In this document: positions 42,545 through 49,747 of the stretch, one piece after another
Position numbering within the stretch: the stretch's first letter is position 1
How the letters are laid out: every line of letters starts with the position of its first letter
From: Alphaproteobacteria bacterium
Lineage (GTDB): Bacteria; Pseudomonadota; Alphaproteobacteria; JACZXZ01
DNA length: 50,327 bases
Direction of reading: 5' to 3'
Assembly (NCBI GenBank): GCA_035604475.1
Contig: DATNIJ010000048.1
Location: 1 to 50,327 of the forward strand
Notes under the pieces: generated by a model
Told to the model about the DNA's origin: nothing
Databases searched by the model: none
What the model saw: the letters and a program-made list of their open reading frames with translations, nothing else
Translations under genes and position numbers: made by a program

Positions 42545-44946
42545 TGCACCCCCCGGCCGAGCATCATGGTCTCCTCGGGGCCGCGCCGCACGGCGGCCCC
42601 CGTGGGACAGGCGCGCACGCAGGCGGGCCCGCCCTTGATGTCGCGGCACATGTCGCACTTGACGGCAAGCTTTGGCGCCTTGCTCTTGCCGTCGTGGCTC
42701 TTATGCGGGCTCTTGTCCTCGCCGGGGCCCGGGCCGCGGCCCAAGAGGAGCCACTGCAGGAGCCCCGGCTTCGGCGGCGGCAGTGCTGCGATCTGGATCA
42801 CGCCGTAGGGGCAGTTCACCTGGCAATTGCCGCAGCCGATGCAGCTGTCGTCGATCCACACTTCGCCGCCGGGCGCCCTGTGGATGGCATCGGGCGGGCA
42901 GTCGGTCATGCAGTGCGGATGCTCGCAGTGGCGGCACGAGGTGGGGATATGGAGCGAGCCGAAGGTCGGACCCGCCTCGCGGTCGAGGCGCGAGATGCCG
43001 TCATGGGTCTCGGCGCAGGCCTTTTCGCAATTGTCGCAGCGTACGCAGAGCGCCTCGTCGATGAGCAGCATGTCGGTCGCCTCACCGCCGCCCTGGGCGA
43101 GGAAGAATTCGAAGATGTTGCTGTGATCGATCTCCGCCTCGTGGCGCAGGTCATTGAGGAGATAGCGCCGCGCCTGCTCGTCGAACCTGGCTTTCACCTC
43201 CGGATTGTGCTCGAGCACGCGCCGCACCGCGCCGCCGTCGAGCTTGATCGCCTCGCTCTTGATCGCGGCGGTCACGGTGGCCGAGCGCGGCGCGCGGCGC
43301 AAGAGCGCCATCTCGCCCACGATCTTCCCGGCCGGAACGTAGCTCAGCACGATATCGCGGCCGCCGATCTTGCGCGACACTTTGACCGAGCCGGTGCGGA
43401 TGACGTAGACGCTGTCGTCGCCGACGGCACCCTCCTCGATGAGGCTTTCGCCGACGTTGAAGGAGACGATCTCCGCCGTGGAGGCCAAGTCGTGCAGATC
43501 CTCGTCGGAGAGGCCCTGCTCCAGATAGGCGCGCAGCTGGCGGACAAGCATGGTCTCGTCCATTAGGCGTTTGGTCGCGGGGATCGTGTTGATCAGCTTG
43601 ATGGCGGCAAAGCGCGGCACCTCGATGAGCGTGCACTCGGTCGCGGCACGGATCGTGGCGGAGCGCCGGCGCCCCGAGATGAGCCCGATCTCGCCGAAGA
43701 AGTCGCCTTTCCCGAGCGCAACAGTCCGGCTCGGGTCGTTGACATCGATCTCGATCGCGACCGTGCCGCCGAGGATCGCGAAGAGCGTGTCGCCGTAGTC
43801 GTTGCGCAGGAACACGGGCTCGCCCGGCGCTTTGACCAGTACCTCGCTGCCGAGGAGGAACTCGCGCAGCTGGAGGCGTGTGAGCCCGGAGAAGAGGCGC
43901 ACGGTTGCCACGATGCGGTCGAGCACCTCATTCACGCCGGGCCGGCCGGGGATGATCGCGAACTTCTCCTCCAGCAAGGGCTCGTCCGCGGGCAGGACGC
44001 TCTCGCCGCGGATGTACTCGATGACCTCGTATCCCTGGTTCATGCAATGCTTGATCAGCGGGTAGCCGGCCAGCGCGCCGATGATGTAGAGGCCCGGCAC
44101 GTTCGATTCGTAGGTGTTGCTGACCTCTGGGAACGACTTCGCGTCGCTGCTGCGGAACTTGACGCCGCAGGATTCGACGAACTTGCGCGGCGGATTGGCG
44201 CCGAGCCGCGCGATGATGCGGTCGCACGCGATCGTACCCTCCCCGGTGGGCCCCTTGAGCGCGATGCGGCCGGCCTCGATGCGCACGGGCTCGGCGTTGT
44301 ACTCGCACTTCAGGGTGCCGGATTCGATCGCCTGGCGGATCTGGTTGAGGTTGCCGGTCTTGGCCCGCGAGAACTCGCCGCGGCGGTTGACGATGACGAC
44401 GCGGTTCTGCCGCGCGAGCGCGATCGCGTTCTCGATCGCGGCGTCGCCCGCGCCGATGACCACGATGGATTCGTCCTTGTATTCGCCGGGATCGTCGAGC
44501 TGATACTGCACAAGCGACAGCTCCGCCCCCGGCACGGTCAACTTGTTGAGGTTGCCCTGGAGCCCGATCGCCATGACGACGTTCGCGGCGGTAATCGCGG
44601 TACCGTCCGCAAGCTTGACCTCGAAGGCGCCGCGCGAGCCGGCGATGCGCACGACCTCGCTGTTGAAGCGGACGTTGACGCCCTTCGCCTCGAGTCCAGC
44701 GCGCCAAGTGTCGAGGATGTCCTCGCGCGAGCCGGCAGCGAAGGCGAGCGCGCTCCTGAGCGGCAGGCGCGCCGGCGTCGCCATGACGTACTTGCCCTTC
44801 TGGTACTTCTGGATAGTGTCGGCGAAATGCGGAGCGCGCTCGAGGAGAAGATGCGAGACCTTGCATTCGGCGGCGCGTCCGGCGGCGCTGACGCCGGCGG
44901 GACCCGAGCCCACGATGACGACTTCGTAGCTCTCGCTCATTGCCAT
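42541..44946 (-). CDS. Fusion: TrxR-like FAD/NAD(P)H oxidoreductase (no CxxC) + two cyclic-nucleotide-binding domains + four-cluster [4Fe-4S] ferredoxin module
   Basis: About 800 aa. FAD fold VVIVGSGPAGVSAAGRAA and NAD(P)H fold IVVIGAGDAAIENAIALA. The cNMP domains read FFGEIGLISGRRRSATIRA and IVGEMALLRRAPRSATVTA. The Fe-S motifs are CVRCDNCEKAC, CRHCEHPHCMTDCP, CIGCGNCQVNCP and CDMCRDIKGGPACVRACP. I saw no redox-active CxxC in the flavoprotein part. Start at 44946 (MAMSESY) or 44940. Confidence 0.85.
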   Translation of the reverse strand: MAMSESYEVVIVGSGPAGVSAAGRAAECKVSHLLLERAPHFADTIQKYQKGKYVMATPARLPLRSALAFAAGSREDILDTWRAGLEAKGVNVRFNSEVVRIAGSRGAFEVKLADGTAITAANVVMAIGLQGNLNKLTVPGAELSLVQYQLDDPGEYKDESIVVIGAGDAAIENAIALARQNRVVIVNRRGEFSRAKTGNLNQIRQAIESGTLKCEYNAEPVRIEAGRIALKGPTGEGTIACDRIIARLGANPPRKFVESCGVKFRSSDAKSFPEVSNTYESNVPGLYIIGALAGYPLIKHCMNQGYEVIEYIRGESVLPADEPLLEEKFAIIPGRPGVNEVLDRIVATVRLFSGLTRLQLREFLLGSEVLVKAPGEPVFLRNDYGDTLFAILGGTVAIEIDVNDPSRTVALGKGDFFGEIGLISGRRRSATIRAATECTLIEVPRFAAIKLINTIPATKRLMDETMLVRQLRAYLEQGLSDEDLHDLASTAEIVSFNVGESLIEEGAVGDDSVYVIRTGSVKVSRKIGGRDIVLSYVPAGKIVGEMALLRRAPRSATVTAAIKSEAIKLDGGAVRRVLEHNPEVKARFDEQARRYLLNDLRHEAEIDHSNIFEFFLAQGGGEATDMLLIDEALCVRCDNCEKACAETHDGISRLDREAGPTFGSLHIPTSCRHCEHPHCMTDCPPDAIHRAPGGEVWIDDSCIGCGNCQVNCPYGVIQIAALPPPKPGLLQWLLLGRGPGPGEDKSPHKSHDGKSKAPKLAVKCDMCRDIKGGPACVRACPTGAAVRRGPEETMMLGRGVQ

Positions 44947-45022
44947 CCGTCGCGCGGGCGCGGAAGCGTACCAATCGGCGCGCATTGCGGATTGCCGTGC
45001 GCATGGGCACCCGTACGGTCAC

Positions 45023-45051
45023 AATCTTCAGCTTTTCGGCCTGGGTGTCAA
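45023..45051 (-). promoter_or_regulatory. Candidate promoter upstream of the oxidoreductase gene (duplicated at 48360-48388)
   Basis: The minus strand reads TTGACA, 17 nt, then AAGATT. Both hexamers and the spacing are conserved in the decayed duplicate. The -10 is weak (3/6 to TATAAT). Confidence 0.3.
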
Positions 45052-45128
45052 CGCGATCCCGCGCCTCCTTGCGCCGCGAGGGCGCGCCGCCGGCCTCGTG
45101 ACACGGCGCGCCCGACCGCCGCCAGGGC

Positions 45129-45899
45129 CTATTTGAACAGCTTTTCGCCCGACGCCGTGGCGCCGTCCACCACGCGCTGGTTCGACAATTCTTCGATCAG
45201 CGCCTTGGCTTGCACGGTGCAGCCGACCGTTGCCATCCAGCTCAGCACTTCGGCATCCGTCACGACTCTTGCGGGCATGATGCGCAGGGTCAGCTCGCGC
45301 GTCATTTCCGGCGGGGCGAAGGTGACGACATAGCCGGCGCCGTCCGCGGCCTTGACGCGCTTCGGCCAGGGCATGACGATCTGGTCCGCGGGCCACTCGA
45401 AGCTGCTGTGCTCCTTGGTGCCCTTGTGGGTGATGGTGATCGAGACGGTCTGCTTTGGCGCGGGCCGCCACAGCTCGAGCTCGGTCGCGGGCTTGATGCA
45501 CTTCGTCCCCGAGGCGGCGACGTTGATCGACCAGACCGTGGGCGTTTTGGCGGCGGCGCCCAAGCCCCGCGTCAAGCCGAGGGTGGTCAAGCCGCTCGAG
45601 CCCTCGGTCGTGACGATGGCGGCCATCCGCGTGAGCAGGCTGGGGCCGTCCGCCCGATCTTCCCCGCCCGGGATGCCGTTGTAGGGCCCCCTCACGGTAA
45701 CCACCTGGCCGCTCTCGTCCATCAGCACGACGTAGTTGTCGGCCTTGACAGCGAACTTTTGGCTGCCGTCCACGGTGTCGCCCTTCTGCAGCCCGGTGTC
45801 GGGCGAGCTCTCGAGCACGAGGAGCTTCGCCGCACTCGCCGGCACGGCCGAGAGCAGGAGTGCGGCGAGCACAAGCGCAAATCGTGACCAGCGCATCAT
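45129..45899 (-). CDS. Secreted hypothetical protein translationally coupled to the CHASE2 cyclase
   Basis: The start is taken at MMRWSRFALVLAALLLSAVPASA (signal peptide), giving 256 aa. The start overlaps the cyclase stop (ATGATG/TGA at 45896-45899). No motif was recognised with confidence; the N-terminal half is possibly a FecR-like beta-sandwich. Confidence 0.7.
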   Translation of the reverse strand: MMRWSRFALVLAALLLSAVPASAAKLLVLESSPDTGLQKGDTVDGSQKFAVKADNYVVLMDESGQVVTVRGPYNGIPGGEDRADGPSLLTRMAAIVTTEGSSGLTTLGLTRGLGAAAKTPTVWSINVAASGTKCIKPATELELWRPAPKQTVSITITHKGTKEHSSFEWPADQIVMPWPKRVKAADGAGYVVTFAPPEMTRELTLRIMPARVVTDAEVLSWMATVGCTVQAKALIEELSNQRVVDGATASGEKLFK

Positions 45900-47944
45900 T
45901 TGTCCTCCAACATGATTGTGATGCCAGTCTCCCCCCGCCGCAAGCGTTCCAGATGGAACGCCGCGAGCGGGTCCTCGGGCTGGCGTCGGTGGAGCGCCTC
46001 GAAGGCGCCCAAGGCTTGAGGGGAGCCTTGCCGCAGCAGCTCGAAGGCCGCGCAATAGTCGGCAAGGCCCGGAGACTCGTCCGCGGCAGGCGCGAAGACC
46101 GCGACGCTGTGCGCTTTGCCGCGTAGCACCACGTCGCCGACCGGCCGCAAGGGAATGTCGCCCGCCTCGGCCACCACCGCCTCGCTCGCGGCGATATCGG
46201 TATTGAAGTACTTGTTCGCACCCTCGAGCCGCGCCACGGTATTCACCGCGTCGCCGTGCGCCATGTATTCGAGCCGGGCGGCGCCGCCGAAATTGCCGAC
46301 CGTGGCGAGGCCGCGGTGGACGCCTATTCGAGTGCGCCCGAAATCGAGCCCTTCCGCCGCCGCCTTTCGGCGCTCTTCCTTGGCGAAGCGGTTCATTGCG
46401 AGTGCCGAGCGGAGCGCGTGCGCCGCCTGCTCGGGGTCATCGAGGGGCGCTCCCCAGAAGGCGAGGACCGCATCGCCGATGAAGCCGGCGACGGTGCCCT
46501 TGTGATCATAGATGATGCTCGTCATGCCGCTGAGATAGCGATTGAGCGCCGGCACCAGGGCCTTGGGATCCGCACTCTCGCACAGCGTGGTGAAGCCGGA
46601 GATGTCGGTATAGACGAAGCTCATCATGCGCCGCTCGCCGCCGAGCTTCATGTCCTCGGGGTGGAAGAGCAGGTGATCGACGACCTCCGAGGGCACGTAG
46701 CGGGTCAGGACCGAACGGATGAAGCGCCGCTCCGCGGCGTGGAGCTGGCGCGCGTGGGCAATGCCGATCGTCATGGCGATGAGGAAACCGGCGGCCGGCG
46801 TCACGAGCGGGAAGATCGGCCCCGGCGTCACCACCGGCGCCGTGGCGCCGCCATAGTGAAAGATCGCCCCGGCCGCGGCCAAGAGCAGCATGATCGTGGC
46901 GAACCCGACGGTCACGCGCAGCGACCACGCCATCTCCCGGCGGCCGATGAGGAAGCCGAAGGCGGCCAGGCCGGCAATGAGCAAATCCGCGGCCCACGAG
47001 GGCACCGCCTCGACCTCGCGCCCGTCGAGAAGCTGGGCCAGGCCTTGCGCCTGAAGATAGACCCCCGGCGTGGCAGATTGGCCAGTCAGCGGATCGCTGG
47101 CAAAGGGCGTGCGGTGGAGATCGACATTGAGAAGATTGGCGCCGATGAGCACGACGCGATGGGCAAGCGTGCTGCTTTGCACCCGCCAGATCTGCGGCAT
47201 CTCGGGAAAGAGCAGGTGCGCCGGAAAGCGAATGAAGGGCTGCTGGTCCTTGAAGGGATGGCCGTAATAGGCGAGCGGCAGCGTGAGGCCGGGGGGCGCC
47301 GCGCCCCCGGCGCTCTTGCTGAGGAGGAGATCGAAGGTCTCCCGGACCGTGCCCGCCGGCACGCGCAGGACGAGCTGCCGCACCACCCCGTCGCGATCCT
47401 CGCGCATCACGCTCAAGCCGGGCACGACGAGCGGATTGTCGATGCGCTTGATGAAGTTCTCGAGATACGTCTCCTGCCAGCGCTCGATGGCGCCCGGCGC
47501 ATTGACCGCATCGATCCAGCCCAGCACCACGGGCACGCGCACGTGGTGCAGTGCGGCCAGGAGGGCTGCATCCTTCTCGGGCTCGCTCGGCTCGTCGAAG
47601 AGCACGTCGATACCGATCGCCGCCGGTTCGGCGGAGGCCACGGTGTCGACGAGCTTGGCGAGAAGGCCGCGGTCCACCGGCGAGCGGCGGCCGATCTTGG
47701 CCGCCGTCGCCTCGTTGATCTCGACCACCGCCACCTTGGGATGCGGGGGTGCCGACGGCGCCAAGAGCGCCAGACGTAGATCGCCGAGCCAGGTCTCGAG
47801 CAGGCTGAAGGGTGGCACCCGCGCGGCGAAGAGGAGTGCTGCGAGCAGCGTCGCGAGACTTGCCGAGGAGCGCAGCCAGATCTTCCATGGGCGCGGCGAC
47901 TCTTCCAAAAGCGTAGTGCCACGCCCATCTCGGGACCGCATCAA
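45896..47944 (-). CDS. CHASE2 sensor domain - TM - class III nucleotidyl cyclase
   Basis: 682 aa. N-terminal TM, then a periplasmic CHASE2-like region (VAVVEINEAT...IGIDVLFDEP...VVLG), three TM helices, then the cyclase domain (MSFVYTDISGFTTL, GFIGDAVLAFWGAP, RIGVHRGLATVGNFG, GDAVNTVARLE). Confidence 0.88.
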   Translation of the reverse strand: MMRSRDGRGTTLLEESPRPWKIWLRSSASLATLLAALLFAARVPPFSLLETWLGDLRLALLAPSAPPHPKVAVVEINEATAAKIGRRSPVDRGLLAKLVDTVASAEPAAIGIDVLFDEPSEPEKDAALLAALHHVRVPVVLGWIDAVNAPGAIERWQETYLENFIKRIDNPLVVPGLSVMREDRDGVVRQLVLRVPAGTVRETFDLLLSKSAGGAAPPGLTLPLAYYGHPFKDQQPFIRFPAHLLFPEMPQIWRVQSSTLAHRVVLIGANLLNVDLHRTPFASDPLTGQSATPGVYLQAQGLAQLLDGREVEAVPSWAADLLIAGLAAFGFLIGRREMAWSLRVTVGFATIMLLLAAAGAIFHYGGATAPVVTPGPIFPLVTPAAGFLIAMTIGIAHARQLHAAERRFIRSVLTRYVPSEVVDHLLFHPEDMKLGGERRMMSFVYTDISGFTTLCESADPKALVPALNRYLSGMTSIIYDHKGTVAGFIGDAVLAFWGAPLDDPEQAAHALRSALAMNRFAKEERRKAAAEGLDFGRTRIGVHRGLATVGNFGGAARLEYMAHGDAVNTVARLEGANKYFNTDIAASEAVVAEAGDIPLRPVGDVVLRGKAHSVAVFAPAADESPGLADYCAAFELLRQGSPQALGAFEALHRRQPEDPLAAFHLERLRRGETGITIMLEDK

Positions 47945-48154
47945 GCCTCTCCCAACCGTCCCCTTAACGGGCGAACTATAACCCTAACGAGGCTCCGCCT
48001 CAGACGGACGAGGCGTGTGGTGACTGTGGCTCCGATCGCCGGTTCATGACGAGCTCTCGTAGAACCAGGCTCAGATGGGACCGATGAACGGTCTAAACGC
48101 CTTCAAGAGGCATAACCGCACGACTGGAGCCGAGGCCATGATAGCACAGAGTGT

Positions 48155-48318
48155 GGCCGGCCTCGATGCGCACGGACTCGGCGTTGTACTGGCACTTCAA
48201 GGCGCCGGAATCGATCGCCTGGCGGAGCTGGTTGAGGTTGCCGGTCTTGGTCCGCGAGAACTCGCCGCGACGGTTGACGATGACGACGCGGCTCTGCCGC
48301 GCGTTCTCGATCGCGGCG
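48155..48318 (-). pseudogene. Decayed internal fragment of a paralogue of the 42541-44946 oxidoreductase gene
   Basis: Aligns by eye to 44268-44443 with scattered substitutions and a 12-nt gap. There is no start codon and no continuation. Confidence 0.75.
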
Positions 48319-48430
48319 CATTGCGGACCGCCGTGCGCATGGGCCCCCCGTACGGCCACAATCTTCGGCTTTTCGGCCTGGGTGTCAACGCGATCCCGCG
48401 CCCTCCTTCCGCCGCGGGGGCGCGCCACCG
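48319..48430 (-). repeat. Duplicate of the oxidoreductase upstream region (44981-45090), including the candidate -35/-10
   Basis: CATTGCGGACCGCCGTGCGCATGGGCCCCCCGTACGGCCACAATCTTCGGCTTTTCGGCCTGGGTGTCAACGCGATCCCGCGCC... compares with CATTGCGGATTGCCGTGCGCATGGGCACCCGTACGGTCACAATCTTCAGCTTTTCGGCCTGGGTGTCAACGCGATCCCGCGCC... Confidence 0.8.
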
Positions 48431-48537
48431 CTCCGCCGGCAATCCGGCAGTACCGGCCGCGGCTTTCCTCGCGAGGCACCTGTTGCTATTATCGCCGCCA
48501 CGTCCGTCCGCGACAGCATAGAGCAAGGTGTAACATA

Positions 48538-49665
48538 ATGGACAGGCCGGCAAAAGGGGGACGACGAGGCGGACCGCCGTCCGCCGCAGCGGCGCGGCGG
48601 CGCGGCGGCGGACGCGATGCGAAGGAGGCCTGCTGGGCGGCAGGCCCAGGCGGTCTCAAATGGATCAACCTCGCACTGCAAGGCGGCGGCGCCCACGGCG
48701 CTTTCGGCTGGGGCGTGCTCGATCGCTTGCTCGAGGACGAGCGCATCGCCATTGACGGCATCTCCGCGACCAGCGCCGGCGCCATGAACGCGGTCGTGCT
48801 CGCGAGCGGCCTTTCTGCCGGCGGGCGCGCGGGTGCGAAGAAAGCGCTCGCCGATTTTTGGCGCGCCGTCGCGCAAGCCGCGGCGTTCAGCCCGCTTCAG
48901 CCCACACCCTTCGACCGGCTGACGGGCAACCGCGCGCTCGAGGCCTCGCCGCCTTACGTGTTCTTCGACCTCCTGACGCGGCTCTTCTCGCCCTACCAGC
49001 TCAATCCGCTCAATTACAATCCGGTGCGCGACGTGCTCGCCGCCACGGTCGATTTCGCGGCACTCGCCGAAGCCAGCTGCCCGGTCAAATTATTTCTCTC
49101 CGCGACCAACGTGCGCACGGGTAAGATCCGCGTCTTCACCAATGAGGAGATCGGAGCGGACGAGGTGCTCGCGTCGGCCTGCCTGCCGCTCTTCTTCCAG
49201 GCCGTCGAGATCGAAGGCGAGCATTATTGGGACGGCGGCTACATGGGCAATCCGGCCCTCTATCCGCTCATCTATCATTGCGAAAGCCGCGACGTCGTGA
49301 TCATCCACATCAATCCCATCGAGCGCCGCGCCCTGCCCAAGACTGCCGCCGAAATCCTCAACCGCATCAACGAGATCAGCTTCAACTCCTCGCTCATGCG
49401 CGAGATGCGCGCGATCGCTTTCGTCAGCCGCCTCATCGAGGAGGGCAAGTTCCGCGACAACGACATGAAGAAGATGCTGATCCACGGCATCGTACCCGGC
49501 GAGGTGATCGACGAGCTCGGCTACGCGAGCAAGCTCAACGCCGACTGGGGGCATCTCATGGGACTCATGGAAGTCGGCCGCGAGCGGGCGGACGCCTGGC
49601 TCGGCGAAAGCTTCGAGCGCATCGGCGTCGAATCGACCGTCGATATCCGCGCGAACTATCTCTAG
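48538..49665 (+). CDS. Patatin-like phospholipase family protein
   Basis: The internal ATG at 48538 gives 375 aa. Motifs: LALQGGGAHGAFGWGVL (oxyanion hole), ISATSAGAMNA (nucleophile elbow, variant AxSxG), HYWDGGYMGNPA (catalytic Asp). Confidence 0.85.
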   Translation: MDRPAKGGRRGGPPSAAAARRRGGGRDAKEACWAAGPGGLKWINLALQGGGAHGAFGWGVLDRLLEDERIAIDGISATSAGAMNAVVLASGLSAGGRAGAKKALADFWRAVAQAAAFSPLQPTPFDRLTGNRALEASPPYVFFDLLTRLFSPYQLNPLNYNPVRDVLAATVDFAALAEASCPVKLFLSATNVRTGKIRVFTNEEIGADEVLASACLPLFFQAVEIEGEHYWDGGYMGNPALYPLIYHCESRDVVIIHINPIERRALPKTAAEILNRINEISFNSSLMREMRAIAFVSRLIEEGKFRDNDMKKMLIHGIVPGEVIDELGYASKLNADWGHLMGLMEVGRERADAWLGESFERIGVESTVDIRANYL

Positions 49666-49747
49666 CACCGCCTCAACTGGCCCTCTCCTGCTTGCACGAG
49701 AGGAAATTAGGGCGATTACGCAGGACTTGGCAGCCGCGGCGGCCCGG

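Noticed and set aside
30417-49665. Reading the cyclase plus patatin(s) as a CBASS/Pycsar-type anti-phage signalling system.
   Set aside because: - The cyclase is a membrane CHASE2 sensor of the class III signalling type, not a CD-NTase or a minimal PycC-like enzyme.
- The patatin carries a classical cNMP (CAP-type) domain rather than a SAVED/CapV-type arrangement.
- The genes are separated by eight redox/envelope genes.
- The region has native base composition.

The non-canonical specificity residues of the cyclase keep a small doubt open.
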